Below, in pieces: positions 30,087 to 38,583 of a stretch of DNA of 64,000 nucleotides. The DNA comes from an uncultured delta proteobacterium (GTDB lineage: Bacteria; Myxococcota_A; Polyangia; Polyangiales; Polyangiaceae). A program made the translations under genes and the position numbers. Under the pieces are notes generated by a model that ran no database searches, was not told the origin of the DNA, and saw nothing but the letters and a program-made list of their open reading frames with translations. The number at the start of each line of letters is the position of its first letter. Position 1 is the first letter of the stretch. Location of the stretch: positions 4,864,001-4,928,000 of the forward strand of contig CAWAIF010000003.1 of the NCBI GenBank assembly GCA_963782055.1, given 5' to 3'.

Positions 30087-31004
30087 ATGAGCCTCCGCGC
30101 CTTCGTCCTCGCGTCCACCTGCCTCGTCTCGACCCTCGCGATCCTCGCGTGCAGCGGCGGCGGCGACGGCGGCAACCCCGGCAGCGACGACGCCGGCGCG
30201 GGCAACGAGGGCGGCGGCGGCGACGCCGGGGGCGGGGGCGACACCGGGTCGAGCACCCCGAACAAGGGCGGCGGCGTCTACCTCACCAGCTACGACTACA
30301 CCGTGGCCAGCACGCCGGTGGTTGGCATGACCGCGTCGGCGGCCTTCTCCGGCACGTACTCGACAGCCCCTGGCCCGTGCACCGTCGCCCCGGCGGGCGA
30401 CGCGTGCACCATCACCCAGTGCACCGCCGGGAGCGGCGGCGACGCCGGCGCGCCCGTCGCGGTCAGCGCGGGCGCCATCACCATCACCGGCGGCACCACA
30501 CCGGTGAACCTGACGCCCAACGGCTCCGGGTACGACGCCGTCAACGGCAAGACGACGCTGTGGAACGGCGGGGAGGAGCTGCACGCCGTCGCCGCCGGCG
30601 CGGACGTACCCGCGTTCGACGTGAAGCTGACGGCGCCGTCCTACGTCACCATCACCGCGCCCGTCTTTCCTTCGCAGGGAGGCTCGGTCGCCATCGTGCG
30701 CTCGCAGGGCCTGAACGTGGCGTGGACCGGCGGCGCCGCCGGCGACGTGCGGGTGACGGTCTACGGCGGCTCCGCCCAGCAGACGGTCACCGTGACCTGC
30801 AACTTCCCCGCCGCAGGCGGCTCCGGCACACTGTCCGCTTCGCTGCTCGGCAACCTGCCCGCGGGCGGCACCACCAACGGCATCACCATGCAGGTGGTCA
30901 GCGAGACCAACACCGTCGTCTCCAACTGGGGCGTGCGTTTCTTCGCCGAGACGCTCGCGAAGACGAGCTCCGGCATCGCCAGCGGCAACGCGACGATCCA
31001 GTAG
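30087..31004 (+). CDS. Hypothetical Gly/Thr-rich lipoprotein
   Basis: Lipobox ILAC, DAG repeats, beta-rich domains. Confidence 0.75.
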   Translation: MSLRAFVLASTCLVSTLAILACSGGGDGGNPGSDDAGAGNEGGGGDAGGGGDTGSSTPNKGGGVYLTSYDYTVASTPVVGMTASAAFSGTYSTAPGPCTVAPAGDACTITQCTAGSGGDAGAPVAVSAGAITITGGTTPVNLTPNGSGYDAVNGKTTLWNGGEELHAVAAGADVPAFDVKLTAPSYVTITAPVFPSQGGSVAIVRSQGLNVAWTGGAAGDVRVTVYGGSAQQTVTVTCNFPAAGGSGTLSASLLGNLPAGGTTNGITMQVVSETNTVVSNWGVRFFAETLAKTSSGIASGNATIQ

Positions 31005-31007
31005 CGG

Positions 31008-31310
31008 TTAGCTCTGCGCGAGACGCAGGCGCGTGCCGCTCTCCGGCGCCGGCATGGCCGAGGTCATCTCGCTCGCCGCCTCCCAGATCCGGCAACCCAG
31101 CCGCGCCAGCTCCTCGATGATCTGCTCGCCCACGAGGGAATCGCCCGCCGCGGCGCGATCCAGCTCGTCGAGGAGTGCGCGCACCACGGCCGCCTGGGAC
31201 CGGACCTCACGCATGCGAGCGCGAGCCTCCGAAGAGGCGTTGGCGTTGGGCGTCCACTCGCCATCCAATCGTTCCTCAGGCTGGCTGGAGCTGACCATCG
31301 ACATCGACAT
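31008..31310 (-). CDS. Small helical hypothetical protein
   Basis: GGAGG RBS before ATG 31310; upstream sigma54 motif; C-terminal ESGTRLR. Confidence 0.65.
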   Translation of the reverse strand: MSMSMVSSSQPEERLDGEWTPNANASSEARARMREVRSQAAVVRALLDELDRAAAGDSLVGEQIIEELARLGCRIWEAASEMTSAMPAPESGTRLRLAQS

Positions 31311-31342
31311 GGGAGAACCTCCAAAGTGCGCCAAGCGACCAA

Positions 31343-31358
31343 AGCAATGGTTACGCCA
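31343..31358 (-). promoter_or_regulatory. Sigma54 (-24/-12) promoter
   Basis: TGGCGTAACCATTGCT, near-consensus TGGC-N8-TTGC. Confidence 0.65.
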
Positions 31359-31603
31359 GCGCGATCGGCCGGGAATCCGCGAGGAGCCCGCCCATGAATC
31401 CCGAGCGATCTGCGCCGGCCGCGCAAGGCGTTCGCGCGCGGGAGGCTCCTGGAACCTGTGGCGATCCGCCACGTGGGTCCCACTTTGGCCACACGACCTC
31501 GGCCACCTTCCCGCCGGGAGCGTAAAGCTTCCTTGCCGCGCTGAATGGTTCGTACCGAGCCATGGTCCATCAGGGGTCCGAGGGGGAAATGGAGGGTCCG
31601 CCT

Positions 31604-32347
31604 ATGCGCGTGCGCCAACTTGGCTTCGTCTTGCCTCTTGCCGTTCTTCTTCCTTCTTCCACGGCCGCCTGGGCTCAGGGCCCCGCGCCCGCGCCCACCG
31701 ACACGGCGGGCACCTCACCTCCGCCGGCCACCGGCACCGCGGGCGTCACGGTCACCTCGCCGCCACCCTCCGGCACCGCGCAGCGGGGCGCCGCGCAGCC
31801 GGGCACCGCGCAGCCGGAGCGCCGCCTGGGGGTCCCTCCGGAGCCCAAGGAGCGCGCCCGGTTCCGCTGGGGCCTCTCCTTCTTCGGCGGCCCCTACTTC
31901 TTCAACGGGTCGATGGGCGGCGTCGGCGGCGCCTCCGTCCGCGCCGGCGCGCAGATCACCAACCTCTTCGGCGTCTACGCGCAGCCGGTCGCCTTGCTGG
32001 GCGGCGGCGCGAGCGTCTCGTCGACCAACACCTCCGCCAGCGCCCTGGTGCTCGGCGGCATCGGGGTGCTCGGCGACATCACGCTGGGCAACGTCTTCTT
32101 CGTCGGCGGCGGCCCGGAGTTCCTGGGCGGCGTGGCCGGCTCCTCCAGCGCCGGCACCTCCGGTACGGCGGTCAACGCGTCGGAGGGCGTCTTCTTCGGC
32201 CTCACCGCCCGCCTGGGCTTCGCCCTCGGCCACGTCGAGCCCCACCGGCGCCGCTGCTTCACCATCGGCGGCGACTTCCACCTGGTCATCACGCCGGGCG
32301 GGCCGGTGATCGTCCCGCTCGTGGCGATGGGCTACGACTTCTTCTGA
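31604..32347 (+). CDS. Secreted/outer-membrane beta-barrel-like hypothetical protein
   Basis: GGAGG RBS, signal peptide (AWA-Q), Pro/Thr linker, amphipathic strands, C-terminal GYDFF. Confidence 0.65.
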   Translation: MRVRQLGFVLPLAVLLPSSTAAWAQGPAPAPTDTAGTSPPPATGTAGVTVTSPPPSGTAQRGAAQPGTAQPERRLGVPPEPKERARFRWGLSFFGGPYFFNGSMGGVGGASVRAGAQITNLFGVYAQPVALLGGGASVSSTNTSASALVLGGIGVLGDITLGNVFFVGGGPEFLGGVAGSSSAGTSGTAVNASEGVFFGLTARLGFALGHVEPHRRRCFTIGGDFHLVITPGGPVIVPLVAMGYDFF

Positions 32348-32952
32348 CCGCCGGCCGCGTCGCGGCGGTCGAGTTCGTTGCGCAGGATGGTGATGGCGTC
32401 GTCGGCGTGGAGGCTCACCGGCCCGACGCCCACCGGCGTCGCCCCGATGGCGTCGATCGCGGCCCGCGCCCGCGCGCCGAAGCCGAGGTGATCGCCGACG
32501 AAGAAGGCGGCGTCCGTGGTGACGGGTGCCCGCTCGCGCAGGTCCGGTCCCGCCTCGTCCAGCACGTAGGGCGTGGCCCCGCCCAGGTCGGCGATCGCCA
32601 CCTCCAGGCCGCCGTCGGCGATGGCGAGCCCCTCGCGGATGGGGGAGAACCCCGGCACCAGCCGCGGCACGCGCCGCGCGAGGGCCTTCTGCACCAGCAG
32701 CGCCAGGCTGCGCTCATCCGGACGGACGAAGCGGACGTGCGCGCCCTCGACGCGCAGTACCCGGGGCATCCGCGGCTCGCCCAGGAAGGCGAGGTAGACG
32801 ACGGTGTCGGCGCGGCAGCCGTGAGAGACGAGGAGCGCGGCGCGCAGGCAGCGCAGCAGCACGTCCAGCCGACCGCTGGTGCCCGGCATGTCGTCGAGCG
32901 AGAAGTCGGGCGAGGCGACCACCCTCTGCCCGATGACGACGAAGCGGCGCAT
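32332..32952 (-). CDS. trmY: tRNA (pseudouridine-54 N1)-methyltransferase TrmY-like SPOUT protein (DUF358)
   Basis: MRRFVVIG...FSLDD+PG.SGRLDVL.RC...AL.VSHG.R, RPDERS, F.VGDHLG, VGP.SLHADD.I..L.NELD. Confidence 0.85.
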   Translation of the reverse strand: MRRFVVIGQRVVASPDFSLDDMPGTSGRLDVLLRCLRAALLVSHGCRADTVVYLAFLGEPRMPRVLRVEGAHVRFVRPDERSLALLVQKALARRVPRLVPGFSPIREGLAIADGGLEVAIADLGGATPYVLDEAGPDLRERAPVTTDAAFFVGDHLGFGARARAAIDAIGATPVGVGPVSLHADDAITILRNELDRRDAAGGQKKS

Positions 32953-32969
32953 GACGGGTCCGAGGCGGC

Positions 32970-34304
32970 TCAGCGACGCGCACCGCTCGCCGGCGCGGAC
33001 GGGGCGGCGGCGTCCGCGCCCGAGGCCGACGGCGTCAGGGAGACCGCCTGCAGGGGGGCGGCGGCGGACGCGGGGCGCGACCAGGGCGCCATGAAGACCG
33101 TGGTGGCCGCGGCCCCCAGCAGCACCAGACCGATGCCGGCGAGCGTCAGTGTCCTCACGGAGGGGCCCTCGTCGTCGTCGGCGTCGGGCCCGGGCGCGGG
33201 CGGGCGCACCGTCGCCCCGACCGCCAGCGCACCGCTCGCAGACCCCGTGCCGGGCTCCGGCGCCGGCGGCGGGACGCTGGCGACGCCCGGGGACGCGACG
33301 CGCGGCAGCTCGTCGGGGCGGGTCGTGCGCTGCGGGCGCATCTGCTCCTCCACCAGGGCGGCGATCCGCGCGCGCTCCTCCGAGAAGGCCTGCGCGACCA
33401 TCCCGCCGAAGGCGCGGGCCGTCGGCCGCTCCCGCAGGGCGGCGAGGTACGCCTCGAGGTCCTGCTTCATGGCGAGCGCGGTGGGGTAGCGATCCTCCGG
33501 GCGCTTGGCGAGCGCGCGCTCCACCACCGCCTGCAGGTTGCCGGGCGCGGGCGGCGCGCCGCCGTCGGTCACGCGCGGCAGATCGCCGGTGCTCAGGCGG
33601 TGGATGATGGCCGCCTCCGGCATGCCCTTCCACATGCGGCGGCCGGTGAGCGCCTCCCAGAGGATGACGCCCGCGGAGAAGACGTCCGCCCGGCGGTCCA
33701 CCTTCTCGCCGAAGGCCTGCTCCGGGGCCATGTAGGCGACCTTGCCCTTGATGACGCCGGTCCGGGTCTGCGAGGAGCTGTCGGCGGTCTTGGCGATGCC
33801 GAAGTCCACCAGCTTCACCGCCCCGTTGTAGGTGACGAAGACGTTGTGCGGGCTCACGTCGCGGTGCACGACGTGGAGCGGCGTCCCGTCGTAGTCGCGG
33901 AGCTCGTGGGCGTGGTGCAGGCCCTCCAGCATGTCGACGAGGACGCGGAGCTGGTGCTCGCGAGTGAGCTGGCCGAGCCTGGAGAGGCGGGTGCGCACCG
34001 CGCTGAGCGCCTGCCCCTCCAGCCACTCCATCACGATGTAGAAGTGGCCTTCCTCCTCCACCACCTCGTTGGTCTGCACGATGTTCGGGTGGCTGAGGCG
34101 CGCGGCGAGGCGCGCCTCGTCGACGAACATGCCGCTGAACTCGGGGTCGTAGGCGAGGTCGTCCTTGAGCTCCTTGATGACCACCAGCTTGGTGAACCCG
34201 CGCGGCCCCCGCGACGCGGCGAGGTAGACCGTGGCCATGCCGCCGCGACCCAGCTCGGCGATGGGGTGGTACTTCCCCAGCGACCTCTGCGACATGGGCG
34301 CCAT
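32970..34304 (-). CDS. Hanks-type Ser/Thr protein kinase with TM helix
   Basis: LGRGGMATV, VIK, HRDVSPHN, DFGIAK, YMAPEQ, DVFSAG; TAAGCT 7 nt upstream of ATG 34304. Confidence 0.93.
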   Translation of the reverse strand: MAPMSQRSLGKYHPIAELGRGGMATVYLAASRGPRGFTKLVVIKELKDDLAYDPEFSGMFVDEARLAARLSHPNIVQTNEVVEEEGHFYIVMEWLEGQALSAVRTRLSRLGQLTREHQLRVLVDMLEGLHHAHELRDYDGTPLHVVHRDVSPHNVFVTYNGAVKLVDFGIAKTADSSSQTRTGVIKGKVAYMAPEQAFGEKVDRRADVFSAGVILWEALTGRRMWKGMPEAAIIHRLSTGDLPRVTDGGAPPAPGNLQAVVERALAKRPEDRYPTALAMKQDLEAYLAALRERPTARAFGGMVAQAFSEERARIAALVEEQMRPQRTTRPDELPRVASPGVASVPPPAPEPGTGSASGALAVGATVRPPAPGPDADDDEGPSVRTLTLAGIGLVLLGAAATTVFMAPWSRPASAAAPLQAVSLTPSASGADAAAPSAPASGARR

Positions 34305-34381
34305 CGATGCCAGCTTAGCGGATCATGCGCGACAGGAAAGCACCCGTACGCGGCTCCCGTCGTGGAAGGGCGCTTGTCGCG

Positions 34382-35923
34382 TCAGAAGACGGGCGCCCAG
34401 GCGCGGAGCTTGTCGCAGTCGAGGACGGGCTTGCTGAGGGGGTTCTTCCACTCGGAGGTGCACAGCCCCACGAGCGCGCCCAGCGCGGTGAAGGCGATGC
34501 CGTCCCCCGCCGGCTGGTAGAGGTAGCTGCCGTCGGCCGGCGGCGAGTCGAAGAGGTGGTAGACGACGTCGTTCTGCGGGTCGAGGTAGGTCTGGTGGGC
34601 GAGGTCGAGCTGCTTCTGCAGGAAGGCCACCTCCCGCCAGGTGAGGGGCACGCCCACGTTGGCGGAGAAGAGGATGAGCTCGGAGGCGTCGGTGACCGTC
34701 ACGAAGGGGGGCGGCGTGCCCGCGTCGAAGGCGTCCATCATGTCGTCCAGACGCTGGGCGAGCCCCTTCTCCAGCGCCAGGGCGATGGGGACGTTGTTGG
34801 ACAGCAGCGCGTGGGCGGCGGCGGCCTCGTGGGAGGAGCGCAGGATCTGGCCGTTGGAGTGGCCGCCCGCGCTCGCCGCGGCGTCGACCGAGCTGATGCC
34901 GTTGCCGCAGTCCAGGTCGCCCGGCGTCACGCGCCCAAAGAGGCGCAGGGCCATCTTGGCGTCGCACTCGGCGTCGACGGTGCCGAACTGGATGAAGTGG
35001 GCGAGGCCATCGGGCGGGATGATGGTCTGGTCGTTCTTGTCCAGCGTGGCGATCGCCCAGCCGTCGTCCTCCACGCGACGCGCCCACGACTGGTACAGGC
35101 GGCGCATCTGGACGAGATCGTCCTGGGCCCCCGGCTCGGTGAAGGTGCCATCGCACGCGTCGACCTGGGCGATGGCGCGGAACATGTGGCCGATGTCGTC
35201 CTTGGAGCGCTTGTTCTTCACCCACTCGTCGCCCCAGCCCGGATTATTTGCAATATGCACATAATCGGTGGCGCCGTTGTCGGTGCCGGGGTGGTTCTGC
35301 GAGTAGTCGATGAAGTAGGAGATACCGTCGTCGTCGGACTGGACGGACGCCGGGTACGACGCGCGCGTGAGGAGGGTGTCCGGGTCGTCCGCCGAGCGCT
35401 GCATGGCGAGGATCCAGGAAGAGAAGCCGCGGATCAGCTTCCGTGTCAGGTGCTCCAGGCGGGCGTCCCCGGGCCACATCAGGTGGGCGTAGCAGGCGCC
35501 CTCGAGCACGGGGGAGGTGGAGATGCCGTCGTTGTCGGAGCCCTGCGCGCCGTGGAAGTAGGTGACCTTGCCGCCCTGCACGTGCATGTCCACCCCGCTC
35601 CACCACGTGCCGTACCAGAAGCGCTTCTGCGGATCGGACTCCGGCCAGCCGTGCACGCGCTCGCGCAGCATGCCGAAGTAGCGCGACCTCGTCAGCAGGT
35701 CGATGAGCTCGTCGGTCCTGGCCTCGATGTCCGCCTGGCTGACGGGCGTCCCCTTCTCGGGGCGGGTGTACGGGAAGGGCAGCGCCTTGGGGTGCGGCGG
35801 GACGGAGCCGTCGGGCGGGAGCTCCGGCGCGGCGTCGGCGCCGGCGTCGACCGACGCGCCGTCCCCCGGCGCCACGCACGCGACGAGCGCGACCGCGCAG
35901 ACGACGCACGCCGGGCCGCGCAC
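34382..35923 (-). CDS. Uncharacterised lipoprotein
   Basis: GTG start, lipobox LVAC, 513-aa ORF with strong host codon bias. Confidence 0.75.
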   Translation of the reverse strand: MRGPACVVCAVALVACVAPGDGASVDAGADAAPELPPDGSVPPHPKALPFPYTRPEKGTPVSQADIEARTDELIDLLTRSRYFGMLRERVHGWPESDPQKRFWYGTWWSGVDMHVQGGKVTYFHGAQGSDNDGISTSPVLEGACYAHLMWPGDARLEHLTRKLIRGFSSWILAMQRSADDPDTLLTRASYPASVQSDDDGISYFIDYSQNHPGTDNGATDYVHIANNPGWGDEWVKNKRSKDDIGHMFRAIAQVDACDGTFTEPGAQDDLVQMRRLYQSWARRVEDDGWAIATLDKNDQTIIPPDGLAHFIQFGTVDAECDAKMALRLFGRVTPGDLDCGNGISSVDAAASAGGHSNGQILRSSHEAAAAHALLSNNVPIALALEKGLAQRLDDMMDAFDAGTPPPFVTVTDASELILFSANVGVPLTWREVAFLQKQLDLAHQTYLDPQNDVVYHLFDSPPADGSYLYQPAGDGIAFTALGALVGLCTSEWKNPLSKPVLDCDKLRAWAPVF

Positions 35924-35926
35924 GGC

Positions 35927-36238
35927 TCACTCCCCCCGGATGGCGGCGGCGCGCTTCCGGCGCTCCGTCTCACGCGCGGTGTCGCCGGCGACGCGGGCGA
36001 TCTCGGCCTCGCAGTCGAGCAGGCGCGCGGCCATGTCGCTCCGGGGGCCGAGCATCATGCGCGCCGAGCCGGCGTCGAGGCGCTCGAGCTGGGCGCGCGG
36101 GAAGCCCACGACCGAGGTGTAGGCCTGCTCCACCAGGCGCGAGGCCTCGTCCAGCTTTCCCTGGTCGGCGAGCTCCAGCGCGCGGGTGAGGACGCCCGCG
36201 AGCTGCTCCAGAATGCGCGTCAGGTATTCGCTGTGCAT
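35927..36238 (-). CDS. Small helical protein (DUF6483-like)
   Basis: EYLTRILEQLAGVLTRAL...GKLDEA pattern. Confidence 0.6.
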   Translation of the reverse strand: MHSEYLTRILEQLAGVLTRALELADQGKLDEASRLVEQAYTSVVGFPRAQLERLDAGSARMMLGPRSDMAARLLDCEAEIARVAGDTARETERRKRAAAIRGE

Positions 36239-36334
36239 GGCTCACGCATAGCATGGGCGGGCGTCCCCGGGGATCCACGGGGCGGCGCACGTGAAGCGCG
36301 CGCGGGCGCGCCTCGGGTGGGGTAGAGTGGAGGG

Positions 36335-36613
36335 GTGAAGCGGACGTTGCGGTGGGTGCTTGCGGTGTCGCTCGTGGTCGTCACCACGTGGATGGCCTAC
36401 GACAACGTGCTCTCCGACCTCGGGCCCATCCAGCAGCTCGCCGAGCAGACGGCGTGCACGGTGAAGAAGTGCTCGGAGCAGCACGGGATGACGAGCCTGT
36501 CCCGCACACCGATCGGGCAGACCTTCGGCTTCACGTGGCGCAGCGGCACCGTGCGTGTGTACTGCCACCGCGCGTACTGGGTGATCGGCGAGCGCAAGTG
36601 CGCGCTGGATTGA
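36335..36613 (+). CDS. Small secreted Cys-containing hypothetical protein
   Basis: N-terminal hydrophobic anchor, 4 Cys, TAGAGT 6 nt upstream of GTG. Confidence 0.65.
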   Translation: MKRTLRWVLAVSLVVVTTWMAYDNVLSDLGPIQQLAEQTACTVKKCSEQHGMTSLSRTPIGQTFGFTWRSGTVRVYCHRAYWVIGERKCALD

Positions 36614-36619
36614 GCCCGC

Positions 36620-38437
36620 TCAGGAGAGTGAGCTGGCGCGGGCGGAGGCGTCGGCCAGCGTACGCATCACCAGGTCCTCGAGCTGCGCGATGGTGAACGG
36701 CTTCTCCAGCGCGGGGAGGCCGGAGCTCTCGTAGAAGGCCTGAGCGCGCGGCGAGAAGGGGCCCCCGGTCATCAGCGCGGTGTGCCGCGCCAGCTCCGGC
36801 CACCTGCGCGCGACCGCCTCGTGCAGGTCGATGCCGGCCATCTCGGGCATCATCAGGTCCACCAGCATGACGTCGAAGGATCGGCCGCTCTCCAGCAGCG
36901 CGAGCGCCTCCGCTCCGGAGCCGACGGTCTCGACGTCGAAGTGGTCTTCCAGCGCGCGCGCCACCACGACGCGCACCCGCGGCTCGTCGTCGACGACGAG
37001 CACGTGCGGCCTTCGCCCCAATCCCTGCACCGGCCGCACGCTCGAGGTCGGCGCCAGCGCCGGCTCCGCGACGGGGAGGCGCACGCGGAAGGTCGTGCCG
37101 TGCTCGGAGCTCTCGACGTCGATGGTGCCACCGAGCGAGGTGACGATGCCGTGTGCGATGGAGAGCCCCAGGCCGGTGCCCCCACCCTCCGACTTGGACG
37201 TGACGAAGGGCTCGAAGACGTGCGGCAACAGCGCCCTGGGGATGCCCGTGCCGGTGTCCGACACCTTCACCTCCACCACGTCCCCCTGACGCCGCGCCGC
37301 CACGTCGATGCGGTGGTGCGTCGCGTCGCCGACGCGGATGGCCTCCGCCGCGTTGACGAGGAGGTTGAGGAACACCTGCCCCACGCGCGTCTCGTTGGCG
37401 AGCACCGGCGGCACGCCCTTGACGTCCAGGTGGAGCTGCGCGCGGTGGCGGATCGCGTTGCGCGCGATGGCACATGCGAAGCCGATCGCGCGCTCCAGGT
37501 CCACCGGACGCAGCTCGTCCCCCGAGCCGCGGGCGAAGTCGCGCAGGTCGGCGACGATGCCCTTGACGCGCAGGGCGCCCTCGAGCGCCGAGTCGATCGC
37601 CGCGAGCGCGTTCGGCCGCGCGCGCTCCCAGGCGACCGGGTCGCCGGCGATCGCCCCGCGCACCAGCTCGATGTTGAGCAGGACGTACGCCAGCGGGTTG
37701 TTGATCTCGTGCGCCACGCCCGCCGCCAGCGTGCCGATGGAGGCGAGCCTGTCGGCGAGGGCGAGGCGCGACTCCAGCCGCTTGCGCTCGGTGAGGTCGT
37801 GGACGGCGACCATCCGCACCGCCTCGCCGCGGTACACGATGGAGCGCGCGCGCACCTCCGCCGGGAAGGTGGTGCCGTCCGCCCGCCGGGCGAAGGCTTC
37901 GTACGGGCTGGGGTCATGCGTGTCGGCGTGGGCGCGCACCACCTCGCTCGACTGCGCGTCGATGAACTCGTACATGTCGTGGCCGACCATCCCGCCTGGC
38001 GAGACGCGGTACAGGCGATCGGTGGCGTCGTTGGTGAGGAGGATCTTGCCGGCCTTGTGGATGAAGACCGCCTCGAAGGTGGCCTCCGAGAGCGCGCGGA
38101 ACTTCTCCTCGCTCTCGCGCAGCACGTCCAGCGCGCTGAGGTCGCGCATCGTGGTCCAGACCACCAGATCGCCGGTGGCGGGCTGCACGAGCAGCATCGA
38201 CAACCACACCCGGAGCTTCTCCCCGCTCTTCCGCACGAGGGTGCGCTCTCCGAGGAAGGTCTCGTCGGGCGCCTCACCGGGGGCGAAGAGGTCGTCCCGC
38301 CCCTTGCCCACGAGCTCGTCGGCGGAGTAGCCGAGCATGCGGCACGCGGCGTCGTTCGCCGCGGCGACGGTGCCCCCGCGATCGGAGAGCAGCATCGCTT
38401 CTCGGCTCATGCGGAGTATGTCGAGCAGCCGCTGCAT
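36620..38437 (-). CDS. PAS-PAS hybrid sensor histidine kinase/response regulator
   Basis: Two PAS, GVAHEINNPL, QVFLNLLVNA, DTGTG, GTGLGL, receiver VVDDE...DLMMP...KPF. Confidence 0.93.
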   Translation of the reverse strand: MQRLLDILRMSREAMLLSDRGGTVAAANDAACRMLGYSADELVGKGRDDLFAPGEAPDETFLGERTLVRKSGEKLRVWLSMLLVQPATGDLVVWTTMRDLSALDVLRESEEKFRALSEATFEAVFIHKAGKILLTNDATDRLYRVSPGGMVGHDMYEFIDAQSSEVVRAHADTHDPSPYEAFARRADGTTFPAEVRARSIVYRGEAVRMVAVHDLTERKRLESRLALADRLASIGTLAAGVAHEINNPLAYVLLNIELVRGAIAGDPVAWERARPNALAAIDSALEGALRVKGIVADLRDFARGSGDELRPVDLERAIGFACAIARNAIRHRAQLHLDVKGVPPVLANETRVGQVFLNLLVNAAEAIRVGDATHHRIDVAARRQGDVVEVKVSDTGTGIPRALLPHVFEPFVTSKSEGGGTGLGLSIAHGIVTSLGGTIDVESSEHGTTFRVRLPVAEPALAPTSSVRPVQGLGRRPHVLVVDDEPRVRVVVARALEDHFDVETVGSGAEALALLESGRSFDVMLVDLMMPEMAGIDLHEAVARRWPELARHTALMTGGPFSPRAQAFYESSGLPALEKPFTIAQLEDLVMRTLADASARASSLS

Positions 38438-38583
38438 CGAAGGCCATCGTACGTTGAGCCGCGGGGAGCGCAACGCTCGGGAGGCGCGCCCGCGCCCTTC
38501 CGGGCGGGGGGCCGCGGGAATGGCGCCCGGGCCTTCTACCAGTGGTCAAGGGCGCCCAAAGGGGCTAAGGAGGAGCCGGAAGG

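Noticed and set aside
38500..38583. Fluoride riboswitch upstream of the ClC gene
   Set aside because: Only a ggcgccc/gggcgcc stem is present, the conserved motif could not be matched, and the protein has GSGVP/GLEGP rather than CLC-F signatures.
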